From NCBI GenBank assembly GCA_963711835.1, contig CAVQFQ010000013.1:21629-85628 (forward strand): a stretch of DNA of 64,000 nucleotides. The letters are read 5' to 3'. The translations under genes were made by a program, and so were the position numbers. A model generated the notes under the pieces. It did no database searches, was not told the origin of the DNA, and saw nothing but the letters and a program-made list of their open reading frames with translations. Source of the DNA: an uncultured delta proteobacterium. Lineage in GTDB: Bacteria; Desulfobacterota; RBG-13-43-22. Shown here in pieces: positions 17,859 through 28,161 of the stretch; the stretch's first letter is position 1; each line of letters starts with the position of its first letter.

Positions 17859-19205
17859 TTACTTGGGGCCAAAGAACGGCAAAAATTCCATCTGATCCAG
17901 TTGGTCTATTTTCCCCGGCCTTGGCTTAGCCGGAGGGGCCGATTTCTTCAGCGCCGTTTCGGTGGCCCTTGGTTTAGACTGGGCTTCTAAAGCCATTCTT
18001 GATTTCAGGGCTTCCACCTGTTTGGCGGTTTCGAGATTGGCCGGGTCGATAGCCAGGGCTTTCTGATAATCGGCTAAGGCTCCCGCCGAGTCCCCCCGAC
18101 CTTCCTTCGCCTCACCCCGGCCCAGGTAGGCCACCCGGTTTTGGGGATCCAGGCCCAAGGCCTGGTTGAAATCGGCGATGGCTCCCTCCAGATTTCCTTT
18201 TTCTTTCTGGATCAACCCACGGTTTTTATAGGCCATGGAGGACTTGGGGTCCATGGCAATGGCCCGGTCGACGTCCTGCAGGGCCCCGGGGTAATCCTTT
18301 TGCAACAGTTTAAGATAGCCCCGATTATTGTAGGCCACCGGATTCGTGGGATCCAGGTTGATTGCCTGATTCAGGTCGGCGACGGCCCCGCCAAGATCCC
18401 CTTGTTCCTTTTTAACGGCCGCCCGGTGGATAAACCCGGGACTGATCTTCGGGTCGATTTCAATGGCTTTATTCAAGTCGGCCAGGGCCCCGCCGAGGTC
18501 TTTCTGTTTGGTCTTCAGCATCCCCCGGGAGATGTAGGCCCGGATGTTGGTGGAGGGATTCAGCGCCAGGGATTGGTTGTAATCGGCCATGGCACCGTTA
18601 AGATCGCCCTGTTTTTCTTTGATGATCCCCCGGTGGCAGAAAGCATATTCGTTTCTGGGATTCAATTCGATGGCCTTGAGCTGGTCGGCCATCGCCCCGT
18701 TCAAATCTCCCTTAACGATTTTTATATAACCCCGCTGGGAATAGGCGAGACTCATAGGCACTGTATCTCCCTTCGGGATCAGTTCAATGGCCTTTTCATA
18801 ATCGGCCAGAGCCCCGTCCAAATCCCGCCGCCACTCCTTGAGTGTCCCCCGATTGTAATAAGCGAAGCCATACTGCGGATTAAGTTCGATGGCCCGCAAC
18901 ACATCGGCCAGGGCCCCGTCATAGTCCTTGTTTCTCCTTTTGGCCAATCCCCGCCAGTTGTAAGCCGGGGCCAACCTGGGATTCAGGTCCAGGGCCTTGG
19001 TCAAAACGGCAATGGCCTCCGGATATCTGCCCTGTTCAACGAAGGTCCTCCCCTTTTCAAGGAAGGTCCTTGCATTGGGGTCATAAAAAGTTTTGCTATT
19101 CTGGCTGTCGGAGATATCCGGGAGGGTCAGACTGAAAAGAAGGCCGATTACAACCAGGAAGAACCGGGGGGTTTGAAGCGGTTTTTTTGGGGAGACCCAT
19201 TTCAT
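17859..19205 (-). CDS. Secreted tetratricopeptide-repeat protein
   Basis: Signal peptide followed by about ten 34-aa AY.NRG......GD..GA.AD...AI.L.P repeats. Confidence 0.9.
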   Translation of the reverse strand: MKWVSPKKPLQTPRFFLVVIGLLFSLTLPDISDSQNSKTFYDPNARTFLEKGRTFVEQGRYPEAIAVLTKALDLNPRLAPAYNWRGLAKRRNKDYDGALADVLRAIELNPQYGFAYYNRGTLKEWRRDLDGALADYEKAIELIPKGDTVPMSLAYSQRGYIKIVKGDLNGAMADQLKAIELNPRNEYAFCHRGIIKEKQGDLNGAMADYNQSLALNPSTNIRAYISRGMLKTKQKDLGGALADLNKAIEIDPKISPGFIHRAAVKKEQGDLGGAVADLNQAINLDPTNPVAYNNRGYLKLLQKDYPGALQDVDRAIAMDPKSSMAYKNRGLIQKEKGNLEGAIADFNQALGLDPQNRVAYLGRGEAKEGRGDSAGALADYQKALAIDPANLETAKQVEALKSRMALEAQSKPRATETALKKSAPPAKPRPGKIDQLDQMEFLPFFGPK

Positions 19206-19538
19206 AGACTGGCTCCTTTCCTGGGTGATGGGTGGGAAGACGGATTAGTGGGACAGAGGAGGAAATGTCGTTCAAGGGTAGTACATTGGTCCCTCGCCCA
19301 AAAAATTAGTCCATAAGATCTTTAACCGGTTAAAAATTTGAGAAAAATTCCTTCGGGATGGAAAGAAGTATAAAATAAGCTAAATAAGAGATCAAGGAGA
19401 AAAAAGAAGAAAGAACAGGGATGGCTAAGGAGGTTAATGGGCATATTATCTCTAAAGCCATACCTTGTCCATTATACGGGAGGGGTTCCCCTCATTTTTT
19501 TATGGATTTTATTTTTAAAGACGCTAAAATTTTTAGAA

Positions 19539-19630
19539 GTGAAATCACCGGAGCCTATCCAAAAGATCCTTAAAATATTGCAGAGCCAGGGTGATCCAAA
19601 ACGGGCGCAGGTTCTGCAAAGGTTTTTCTG
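19539..19630 (+). pseudogene. Possible N-terminal fragment of a DNA alkylation repair (AlkD-like) protein
   Basis: IQKILKILQSQGDPKRAQVLQRFF resembles that family's start; the frame then degenerates. Confidence 0.35.
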
Positions 19631-19747
19631 GGACCGCCGGATCGATATTGTGGCCCCCTCGAATAATAAGTTCTTTTCTACGTCCGGTGAGCCAAAAATA
19701 GCTGTCCTTGTCCTGCCTTCCAAGGGCGCCGGAAAATTTTTCACCCT

Positions 19748-21370
19748 TTAGGGAAGTTTGTAGTCTTTGAAATCGTCCCGAAGCTTGGTCTTGAGGAGTT
19801 TGCCCGTGGCCGTATGGGGAAGCTGGTCCACAAAAACCACGTCATCCGGCACCTGCCATTTGGCCACCTTTTTTCGCATATAGTCGAGGATCTCCTCTTT
19901 AGTGACCGCCACCCCTTTCTTCTTAATCACGATCAGCAAGGGACGCTCATCCCACTTGGGGTGGATCACTCCGATGACCGCGGCCTCGGCCACAGCCGGG
20001 TGTCCCAGGGCGTCATTTTCCAGGTCGATGGAGCTGATCCATTCTCCACCCGACTTAATCACATCCTTGGATCGATCGGTAATCTGCATGTATCCGTCCG
20101 GATCCAGGGTAGCCACATCTCCTGTGTCGAACCACCCCTCGTTGTCCAAGATTTGGCCGCCTTCGCCCTTCAAATAGCCGTTGGCGATCCATGGTCCCCG
20201 GACCATGAGATGTCCGAAGGCCTTGCCGTCCCGAGGCAGTTCTTGACCCTGACCGTCGACGATTTTGAGGTCAACCCCGTAGATAGCCCGTCCCTGTTTA
20301 GCCTTAATGGAAAGTTTCTCTTCATAGGGCAGGATAGCATGTCTGGGCTTCAAGTTGCCGGTCGTGCCCAGAGGACTGGTCTCGGTCATGCCCCAAGCGT
20401 GGATGACTTGGACGTTATAGTCTTGCTCAAAGACTTCGATCATGGTCTTTGGGGCCGCTGAGCCGCCGATCACGACCCGATTCAAATAGGGCAGTTTCTT
20501 GCCGGCGGTCTGGAGGTATTGCAGGAGCATCAACCATACGGTGGGAACGCCTAAGGTCAGGGTCACCTTTTCAGCATCGAGAAGCTCATAGATGGCTTCT
20601 CCATCCACCCTGGCCCCGGGGAAAACTATTTTGGCCCCGCACATGGCCGCGGCATAGGGTACGCCCCAGGCATTGGCATGGAACATGGGCACCACGGGCA
20701 AGACCACTTCTCCGCTGGAAAGGCCCAAGGCGTCTACGGTGCAGACACAGAAGCTATGAAGGACCATGGACCGATGCGAACAGAGGACTCCTTTGGGATT
20801 GCCCGTTGTTCCTGAGGTGTAGCACAGAATGGAGGCCGTGTTTTCGTCGAACCTGGGCCAATTATACTCATCGCTTTGTTTCCCGATTAAAGTTTCGTAA
20901 CACAAGCAATTAGGGAGGGTGGTCTTGGGCATATGGGGCTCGTCGGTCATGATGACCAATCCCTTGATGGCCGTAAGCCGGTCGGCAATAGATTCAAGAA
21001 GAGGGACAAAAGGTAAATCTACAAAGATATATCGATCCTCGGCGTGATTGACGATATAAGCGATCTGTTCAGGAAAGAGTCTCGGGTTTATGGTGTGCAG
21101 GACAGCACCCATGCCGGGGACCCCGAAGTAGAGCTCCAAATGGCGGTATCCATTCCAGGCCAGGGTGCCAATCCGGTCCCCGGGTTTGACTTCCAGAGAA
21201 AGTAGGGCCTTGGCTAACTGTTTGGATCGCTTATGGCTCTCCTGGTAATTATAGCGGTGCAGCGGACCTTCGATGGTCCGTGATACCAGCTCCACGTCGC
21301 CGTGATACAGGTCGGCGAAGGAAACCAGTGAAGAGATTAAAAGGGGATAATCCTGCATCAATCCGTTCAT
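19748..21370 (-). CDS. Medium/long-chain acyl-CoA ligase (AlkK/DmdB-like)
   Basis: [38 protein letters not shown] and ATGKLLK motifs. Confidence 0.92.
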   Translation of the reverse strand: MNGLMQDYPLLISSLVSFADLYHGDVELVSRTIEGPLHRYNYQESHKRSKQLAKALLSLEVKPGDRIGTLAWNGYRHLELYFGVPGMGAVLHTINPRLFPEQIAYIVNHAEDRYIFVDLPFVPLLESIADRLTAIKGLVIMTDEPHMPKTTLPNCLCYETLIGKQSDEYNWPRFDENTASILCYTSGTTGNPKGVLCSHRSMVLHSFCVCTVDALGLSSGEVVLPVVPMFHANAWGVPYAAAMCGAKIVFPGARVDGEAIYELLDAEKVTLTLGVPTVWLMLLQYLQTAGKKLPYLNRVVIGGSAAPKTMIEVFEQDYNVQVIHAWGMTETSPLGTTGNLKPRHAILPYEEKLSIKAKQGRAIYGVDLKIVDGQGQELPRDGKAFGHLMVRGPWIANGYLKGEGGQILDNEGWFDTGDVATLDPDGYMQITDRSKDVIKSGGEWISSIDLENDALGHPAVAEAAVIGVIHPKWDERPLLIVIKKKGVAVTKEEILDYMRKKVAKWQVPDDVVFVDQLPHTATGKLLKTKLRDDFKDYKLP

Positions 21371-21454
21371 TGTTGTTCCTCCTTTTATGGGAGCAACCCT
21401 GGGGGCCACGCGGATTTATTAAGAGGGTCGGCCTATTCGGTGATGTCTCCAAAA

Positions 21455-21544
21455 TCAGAAAGGGATAGCCGCCTTTCCCAGGGCATCGGTCAGGAGATCA
21501 GCCTGGAATTGATTGTCCAGAGTGATTAATTTTTTCCAGTTCAC
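21455..21544 (-). pseudogene. Truncated copy of the DUF2007-like gene 5' end
   Basis: VNWKKLITLDNQFQADLLTDALGKAAIPF* is nearly identical to 10858-10947. Confidence 0.85.
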
Positions 21545-21615
21545 TTTTTCTTCGGTGGCGAAATTTTGGTGACTGCCGACAAAGTTGGGGGAAGAGCTAA
21601 ATTTTGTTTGATTTG

Positions 21616-21709
<94 letters not shown>

Positions 21710-21735
21710 GTTTTTTGAAAGTCAAATGCCCTTTG

Positions 21736-21773
21736 CCCCTCACCCCAACCCTCTCCCCCAAGGGGCGAGGGAG
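21736..21773. repeat. REP-like palindrome
   Basis: CCCCTCACCCCAACCCTCTCCCCCAAGGGGCGAGGGAG. Confidence 0.55.
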
Positions 21774-21826
21774 AAAAAAAGGCGGGGATTTGAAACCCGC
21801 GGGACATGGGTGTTATTCATGAAGCA

Positions 21827-22303
21827 TTATAGATTATTGTCGCGTTGTAATTTAAAAAATTTTTGCATCAGGTCCCGGCATTCTTTCTCAAGGACCCCGG
21901 AGACCACCTCAAAACGATGGTTCAAACGCTGATCCTGTGAGACATCATACAGAGACCCCAGGGCCCCGGCCTTGGGATCAAAAGCCCCGAAAACCACTTT
22001 CTTCACCCGGGCCTGGATAATGGCCCCGGCGCACATCAGGCAGGGTTCGATAGTGACAAACAGCGTGGTTCCCGGCAACCGGTAATTCTTCAGGACCTGG
22101 GCGGCCTGTTTTAAGACCAGGATCTCGGCGTGGGCCGTAGGGTCGTTCATCCTTCGAGGCTGGTTAAAAGCCGAAGCTATTTTTTCACCCGCATCGGAGA
22201 TCAGAACCGCCCCGACCGGTACCTCCTCTTCCTGAAAGGCCCTTTCGGCCTCTTCGAGGGCCAGGGCCATAAACGTTTCGGACCTTTCGATCCAACCCGC
22301 CAT
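21827..22303 (-). CDS. tadA: tRNA adenosine(34) deaminase
   Basis: EVPVGAV, DPTAHAE, TIEPCLMC and DPKAGA motifs. Confidence 0.95.
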   Translation of the reverse strand: MAGWIERSETFMALALEEAERAFQEEEVPVGAVLISDAGEKIASAFNQPRRMNDPTAHAEILVLKQAAQVLKNYRLPGTTLFVTIEPCLMCAGAIIQARVKKVVFGAFDPKAGALGSLYDVSQDQRLNHRFEVVSGVLEKECRDLMQKFFKLQRDNNL

Positions 22304-22304
22304 A

Positions 22305-23663
22305 TCAGTCCGTCAAATCCTTTTTGACCCGATCCAGCACCCCTTCGATCAGTCCCTGAATTTCCTCCAACCTCTCCGGGGAGTAGGCCTCGAAGCGGAG
22401 CACCAAAACAGGCTGGGTATTGGAGGCACGGATCAACCCCCAGCCGTCTTCGAATTGGATCCGGACCCCATCCACGTCAATGATCTGAAAGCGGCCGGCG
22501 AGTTCCGCCTTAACGGCTTCCACTATCATGAATTTCTTCTCCTCCGGGCAGACCACTCGGATTTCCGGGGTGGAAAAGGTCTTCGGCAATCCTTCCAACA
22601 ATTCAGGGATGCGCTTTTCGGTCTTGGACAGGATTTCAAGCAGCCGCAGGGAGGCATAGACCGCATCATCAAAGCCGAAGTAACGATCGGCGAAAAAGAG
22701 GTGGCCGCTCATTTCGCCCGCCAAAACGGCCTTAACCTCTTTCATTTTTTGCTTGATCAGGGAATGGCCGGTCCGCCACATAACAGCCCGGCCCCCCCGG
22801 CGGGGGATGTCCTCATAAAAATTCTGGGAACATTTGACCTCTCCCAGAAAAGTAGCCCCGGGATTATGCCTTAAAATATCGCGGGCAAAAAGGATCATCA
22901 ACTGATCCCCCCAGATGATTTCCCCGGTATGGTCGATTACCCCCAGGCGGTCGCCGTCCCCGTCAAAGGCCAGCCCTACATCCAGCTTTTTGCCGACCAC
23001 CAACTCTATTAACTCCTTTACATTCTCCGGGACCGTCGGATCAGGCTCGTGGTTGGGAAAGGAGCCGTCGATGTCGCAATACAAATCGAACACCTGACAG
23101 CCCATCTGCTTCAGGATGGGCAGGGCCAGCCAGCCCCCGGTCCCGTTGCCGCCGTCGATGCCGACCCGCAGGGGCCGGGCTATCTGAATGTCCCGGCGCA
23201 TAAACTCCTGATAGGCCGGAACCACGTCGGCAAAAGACAGGGAGCCTTCCCCGGTAAGGAAATCCCCTCTCTCGGCGATGGCCCGCAGGCTTTGAATCTC
23301 TTCCCCGAAGATGGTATCCGGTCCGCTGCAAATCTTGAAACCGTTATATTCGGGGGGATTATGGCTGGCCGTGATCATAATCCCGCCGTCGGTCTGGAGA
23401 TGGCGGATGGAAAAATACATAAGCGGAGTGGGGCCGACGCCGATATCAATAACTTGGCAACCGCTGGACAACAGCCCTTTCAGCAGATGTTCCCGGAAAG
23501 GGGCGGAGCTGTTTCGCCCGTCCCGGGCCAGGGAAATCTTTTGCTGTCCCTTCCGGCCCAGGTAGGTTCCCATGGCCTTCCCGAGGACGGTCACCTCTTC
23601 CAGGGTCAACTCCTTACCGACCACGGCCCGGATATCGTATTCTCTGAAGATCTGTGGATTCAT
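22305..23663 (-). CDS. Phosphomannomutase/phosphoglucomutase
   Basis: IFREYDIR, ITASHNP, DGDGDR, GEMSGH and RASNT motifs. Confidence 0.95.
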   Translation of the reverse strand: MNPQIFREYDIRAVVGKELTLEEVTVLGKAMGTYLGRKGQQKISLARDGRNSSAPFREHLLKGLLSSGCQVIDIGVGPTPLMYFSIRHLQTDGGIMITASHNPPEYNGFKICSGPDTIFGEEIQSLRAIAERGDFLTGEGSLSFADVVPAYQEFMRRDIQIARPLRVGIDGGNGTGGWLALPILKQMGCQVFDLYCDIDGSFPNHEPDPTVPENVKELIELVVGKKLDVGLAFDGDGDRLGVIDHTGEIIWGDQLMILFARDILRHNPGATFLGEVKCSQNFYEDIPRRGGRAVMWRTGHSLIKQKMKEVKAVLAGEMSGHLFFADRYFGFDDAVYASLRLLEILSKTEKRIPELLEGLPKTFSTPEIRVVCPEEKKFMIVEAVKAELAGRFQIIDVDGVRIQFEDGWGLIRASNTQPVLVLRFEAYSPERLEEIQGLIEGVLDRVKKDLTD

Positions 23664-23665
23664 CC

Positions 23666-24748
23666 TTACAACAAATCCTCCCGGCCCTCTTTCTCCAGGA
23701 GTTCAACGACCTTCTTGACCTCCTGAGAACGCTCCCGGGGACAGATCAGAATGGCATCCCCGGTGTGCACCACGACCAGATCCTGCACCCCCACCAGGGC
23801 CACGATTTTATCCGGGCTATGGACCAGGCAGCCCCGGCTGTCGATGGTATAAACCGTCCCTTTGAAACAGTTCTGCTGGGCGTCCTTGGCCTCTAACTGA
23901 TAGACCGCCTCCCAACTGCCCACATCGTTCCAGCCGAAATCGCCCTCCAGCATAACCACATTATCGGCCCGCTCCATCAGGGCATAATCAATCGAGATAT
24001 TTTCCATCCTCTCATAAGCCGCCCGCAGGGCCCGGTCCCAGACGGGCCGGTTGAAGGCCTTTTCCAGGTCGGCTAACTCCCGGTATAAATCCGGGGTAAA
24101 CTGGGCCATTTTTTTCAGGACCGAGGCAACGGACCAGATGAACATGCCGCTGTTCCAAAAAAAGGTGCCGGCCTTCAGCATGGCCGAGGCTTTCTCCCGG
24201 TTGGGCTTCTCATGAAAGGCCTTGACCTGCCGCACCTCCCGGCCCTGGAGTTTCCTGATTTTTTTCCCCTGTTCCAGATAACCGTAACCCGTCTCCGGGG
24301 CCGTAGGTTTGATCCCTAAAGTAATCAGATAATCCCCCTCCCGCGAGACCTGCAGGGCCGCCTTCAGGGTCTTCAGGAATTCTTCCGGTCGGGAAATGTA
24401 ATGGTCGGCCGGCAGGACGGCCATCGAGGCCGTGGGATCCCATTTGGAAAGGATCATGGCCGCCAGGCCGATGCAGGGGGCGGTGTTTTTCCCTAAGGGC
24501 TCGACCAGCAGATGACGGTCTCTCAAATCGGGCAAAAGTTTTCTGATGGCTTCAGCCTGGGATATTTCCGTCACCACCAGGATATGGTCCCAGTCGGTCA
24601 GGGGCAGGACCCGGTCGATGGTCTGCTCCAGGATGGTCTTGGGACCGATGATATCCAGAAGCTGCTTGGGCCGCCTAGTCCGGCTCCTGGGCCAGAAGCG
24701 AGTCCCCCGGCCCCCGGCCATGATAACGGTATAAACGGGAAAGGTCAT
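23666..24748 (-). CDS. manC: Mannose-1-phosphate guanylyltransferase
   Basis: AGGRGTRFWPRS..PKQ, EP.GKNTAP, PADH, FHEKP and WNDVGSW motifs. Confidence 0.93.
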   Translation of the reverse strand: MTFPVYTVIMAGGRGTRFWPRSRTRRPKQLLDIIGPKTILEQTIDRVLPLTDWDHILVVTEISQAEAIRKLLPDLRDRHLLVEPLGKNTAPCIGLAAMILSKWDPTASMAVLPADHYISRPEEFLKTLKAALQVSREGDYLITLGIKPTAPETGYGYLEQGKKIRKLQGREVRQVKAFHEKPNREKASAMLKAGTFFWNSGMFIWSVASVLKKMAQFTPDLYRELADLEKAFNRPVWDRALRAAYERMENISIDYALMERADNVVMLEGDFGWNDVGSWEAVYQLEAKDAQQNCFKGTVYTIDSRGCLVHSPDKIVALVGVQDLVVVHTGDAILICPRERSQEVKKVVELLEKEGREDLL

Positions 24749-24815
24749 GAGTGCCCCACTCTCACGTGTCGCGAGGTAATCTTTTCACCTGAACGGAAAC
24801 CGGCCTCCGTCTTCC

Positions 24816-26003
24816 TCATTGGCAGGCCCCGGCCGCCCGGCTCTTTCCTTCTTTCCAAAAGGGCGAAATGGCCCTCAAGCGTTCAATAATCGGGGGAAGA
24901 TACTCCAGGACGTATTGGATTTCCTCCTCCGTATTATAGATGCTCAGGCTGAAACGGATCGACCCGTGGGCGGCCGTGAAGGGGACGCCCATGGCCCGAA
25001 GGACATGGGAGGGCTCCAGAGACCCGGAGGTGCAGGCCGAACCGGAGGAGGCACAGATTCCCAGGTTGCTCAAGAGAAGCAGGATCGATTCCCCTTCAAC
25101 ATATTCAAAGCTGATACTCAAGGTGTTGGGAAGCCGCTCTTTCCGATGGCCGTTAATAATGGAATTGGGGATCTTTTCCAACAGCCCCTGTTCCAAGGTA
25201 TCCCGGAGGTTCCGGATCCTCTCATTCTCCTCCTTGAGGTTCTTCAGGGCCAGCCCGCAGGCCTGCCCCAACCCGACCATATAGGGGACGTTTTCGGTCC
25301 CTCCGCGGCGCCCTCTTTCCTGGTGACCGCCAATGATGAAAGGGGTGAAACGGGTCCCTTTCCGGATGTAGAGCACGCCGATGCCTTTTGGGGCATGCAG
25401 TTTGTGCCCCGAGATGGAAAGAAGATCGATGGGAACCTGGGAAAGATCGATCGGGATCTTACCCGCAGCCTGGACCGCATCGGTGTGAAAAACCACCCCT
25501 TTCGATTTAACCAGCCGGGCTATGGCCTCAATGGGGAAAATAACCCCGGTCTCGTTGTTGGCCCACATGATGCTGACCAGGGCCGTGTCGTCCGTTATAG
25601 CCGCCTCCACCTGTTCCGGATCCAGCCGTCCTTCCCGGTCTACCGGCAGGACCGTCACCTTATAGCCCCTTTTGGAAAGATAGGTGGCCAGGTTCCCCAC
25701 GGCCGGATGTTCCACCCGGCTGGTGATGATATGCTTTTTCTGGGGATAGGAATTCAAGGTCCCCCAGATGGCCGCATTATCGCTCTCGGTCCCGCAACTG
25801 GTAAAAACGCATTCCTGCGGATCGGCCCCGATCAGGGCGGCCGTTTCTTCCCGGGCCTTCTGGATATCCTTGGCTACCTGTCCGCCGAAAGTATGCATAC
25901 TGGAGGGGTTTCCATAAAAAGTGCCGAAGTAAGGCAGCATGGCCTCCACGACCTCGGGAGCGGTTTGGGTGGTGGCGTTATTATCCAGGTAAACGACTTT
26001 CAT
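24816..26003 (-). CDS. nifS: Cysteine desulfurase NifS
   Basis: YLDNNATT, SGHKLH and SSGSACTS motifs; coupled to nifU. Confidence 0.95.
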   Translation of the reverse strand: MKVVYLDNNATTQTAPEVVEAMLPYFGTFYGNPSSMHTFGGQVAKDIQKAREETAALIGADPQECVFTSCGTESDNAAIWGTLNSYPQKKHIITSRVEHPAVGNLATYLSKRGYKVTVLPVDREGRLDPEQVEAAITDDTALVSIMWANNETGVIFPIEAIARLVKSKGVVFHTDAVQAAGKIPIDLSQVPIDLLSISGHKLHAPKGIGVLYIRKGTRFTPFIIGGHQERGRRGGTENVPYMVGLGQACGLALKNLKEENERIRNLRDTLEQGLLEKIPNSIINGHRKERLPNTLSISFEYVEGESILLLLSNLGICASSGSACTSGSLEPSHVLRAMGVPFTAAHGSIRFSLSIYNTEEEIQYVLEYLPPIIERLRAISPFWKEGKSRAAGACQ

Positions 26004-26848
26004 GACTTGACCTCCTCCACCGTAATCTCCGGATGAACGAATTCCTTGAACTTGGATTCCACGTAGTCCTTCAGGGTCACTTCGGCGGCCCGGCAGGAGG
26101 AACAGGCCCCGCGCAGGGCCACCAGGACTTTGTTGCCTTCGATATCGATCAAATCGATATCGCCGCCGTCGGCCTTGAGGGCCGGCCGGATTTCCCGCTC
26201 CAAGGTTTCCTCGATCAGCTTCATTTTCTGGATATTGGTCAGGCGGACCGCCGCCTTTCCGGCCGAGGCTTCCCGGAGGGGTTTTTCTTCTTTCAAAATG
26301 CGCTGCAGGATGACCTCGATCTTATCGTGACAGGTTTCGCACCCGCCTCCGGCCTTGGTATAATCGGTTACTTCCTCCCGGGTCCGGAGATTGTTTTGCC
26401 GGATAACCCGCTCGATCTCTTTATCGGTGACGCCGAAACATTCGCAAACAATCTCCCCCTCTTCCTCCTTGGGTTTGGCCAGCCCGCGATAATTGGCTAT
26501 GGCTGCAGACAGGGCCTGCTCGCCCAGGACCGAGCAATGCATCTTTTCCTTGGGCAGTCCTCCCAGGAAGGCCGCAATATCCTTATTGGTGATCTTCTCG
26601 GCCTCTGCGAGGGTCTTCCCGATAATCAGTTCGGTCAGGGCCGAGGAGGAGGCGATGGCGCTGGCGCAGCCGAAGGTCTGGAATTTGGCCTCCTTTATCC
26701 GCTTATCCGGGTCCAATTTAAAGGTCAAACGGAGGGCATCGCCGCAGGCCAGGGAACCCACCTCACCGACCCCATCCGGGTTTTCGACTTCCCCGATATT
26801 CTTGGGGCTTTCAAAATATTCCTTAACCTTTTCCGTATAATCCCACAT
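26000..26848 (-). CDS. nifU: Fe-S cluster scaffold NifU
   Basis: MWDYT start, CGD, TFGC, KMHC, BFD-like CECFG..CETC, and Nfu-domain CSSC. Confidence 0.95.
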   Translation of the reverse strand: MWDYTEKVKEYFESPKNIGEVENPDGVGEVGSLACGDALRLTFKLDPDKRIKEAKFQTFGCASAIASSSALTELIIGKTLAEAEKITNKDIAAFLGGLPKEKMHCSVLGEQALSAAIANYRGLAKPKEEEGEIVCECFGVTDKEIERVIRQNNLRTREEVTDYTKAGGGCETCHDKIEVILQRILKEEKPLREASAGKAAVRLTNIQKMKLIEETLEREIRPALKADGGDIDLIDIEGNKVLVALRGACSSCRAAEVTLKDYVESKFKEFVHPEITVEEVKS

Positions 26849-26911
26849 ACCCGATCCTCCGAACACCGAAGTTAACCTTGGAAGGGCGTTCCATGTAATT
26901 CCTAAGCATTC

Positions 26912-26948
26912 TCCTTGAATCCTTGAACCCTTGAATCCTCGAATCCTT
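26912..26948. repeat. 8-nt tandem repeat (CTTGAATC)n
   Basis: CCTTGAATCCTTGAACCCTTGAATCCTCGAATCC. Confidence 0.6.
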
Positions 26949-26986
26949 CTATCATCGCCAACTTTTTTGGAGATGACCCTTTATTT

Positions 26987-27388
26987 TTAATGCGAATACT
27001 GAACCAATTCGATCAGTATCCCAAAAGTCCCCTTGGGGTGCAGGAAAGCGATCTTGGCTTGATGGGCACCGGGCCGCGCTTGTTGATCCACCAGGGGAAC
27101 CCCCTTGGCCTTTAATTCTTCCAGAGCCTGGTCAATATCGTCCACCTCGAAAGCAATATGATGAATCCCCTCCCCTTTTTTATCGATAAACTTATTCATG
27201 ACCCCTTCCGGATCGGTGGATTGGACCAACTCCACATTGGTCTGCCCGATGGGCACGAAGGCGACCTTCAGTTCGCCCAGCATTTCTTCGTGAGAAACCG
27301 GCAAAGAAAGCAAGTCCTGGTATAAGGTTTTAGCCTGATCGGTGTCCTTTACGGCCACGCCGATATGGGCGATCCTCTTGATCTTCAT
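26987..27388 (-). CDS. mce: Methylmalonyl-CoA epimerase
   Basis: HIGVAV, GEGIHHIAFEV and IAFLHPK.T.GILIELV motifs. Confidence 0.9.
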   Translation of the reverse strand: MKIKRIAHIGVAVKDTDQAKTLYQDLLSLPVSHEEMLGELKVAFVPIGQTNVELVQSTDPEGVMNKFIDKKGEGIHHIAFEVDDIDQALEELKAKGVPLVDQQARPGAHQAKIAFLHPKGTFGILIELVQYSH

Positions 27389-27420
27389 TTTTCGCGACCT
27401 CCTGATTATTTTACATCTTT

Positions 27421-27754
27421 TGGGATAGTCCCAAAGTTACGTAATTCTCAAACCGAAGGGGGTGTCTCTTAAAATATTAAATCACCCCAAAGGGCTTCGG
27501 GGGTCTTGATTTCAAGGTTGTCCGAAAGGGTATCCGTAGCCCCAACCCGGCCCGAATTTCTAAGTTGGTTGGGAGCCGGGCATTCACCTAAGACGATAAA
27601 TCGCTTTGGTGTTGGCCTGTTTCTAAATCCCATTATAAACTTCCTGCCCGGGTTCAGGCTGCCGGCGTTTTGGCGGACAATCCTTGAAATCAAGACCCCC
27701 GAAGCCCTCTATGAATGTAGTGGCTAAAAATCACGTAACTTTGGGACAAACTTT
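27421..27754. mobile_element. MITE-like repeat, copy B (334 bp; core inverted)
   Basis: Perfect 6-bp duplication ATCTTT. The outer arms have the same orientation as copy A, but the core is reverse-complemented. Confidence 0.9.
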
Positions 27755-27826
27755 ATCTTTTATATTCAATTTAGCCCAATAGTTCAAGTTAAAAGCCTTA
27801 AGGGCCCCCGGCCGGGAGAGCCCCTC

Positions 27827-27855
27827 TTGACAAAGGATATTGTTTTCATTAATTT
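27827..27855 (+). promoter_or_regulatory. Sigma70-type promoter
   Basis: TTGACA-17 nt-TAATTT upstream of 27892. Confidence 0.55.
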
Positions 27856-27891
27856 AATCTATAAGAAAATTTAACCTGAAGGGCACTGACC

Positions 27892-28143
27892 ATGAACCAG
27901 AAAAAAATTAATCCTGCCTTCCGGGCCCCGGTGCGACGGAAGAAAGCCCCGGCCCAATACGACCAATTCGAAGCCACTGAACTTTACTGTCCTCGATGCC
28001 GTCAAGCCATGCCGGTTCGGAAACGGTTGCTTCTGGTCTTACCGGAAGGAGACAAGTACGAATACCTCTGCGCCGCCTGTTGGACCTCGGTGGGGGACAA
28101 AATCGAAAAAAATACCGAGGGCATTAAACTCGTCCTCGGTTGA
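27892..28143 (+). CDS. Small zinc-finger cytoplasmic protein
   Basis: LYCPRC..PVRKRLLLVLP.G..YEYLCAAC. Confidence 0.75.
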   Translation: MNQKKINPAFRAPVRRKKAPAQYDQFEATELYCPRCRQAMPVRKRLLLVLPEGDKYEYLCAACWTSVGDKIEKNTEGIKLVLG

Positions 28144-28161
28144 TCCCCTGAAAGCCCTTCA

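Noticed and set aside
17859-19205. 102-nt periodicity suggesting a DNA repeat array
   Set aside because: Fully explained by 34-aa TPR coding repeats.
10850-21550. Prophage interpretation of the island
   Set aside because: No structural, terminase, replication or integrase genes are visible.
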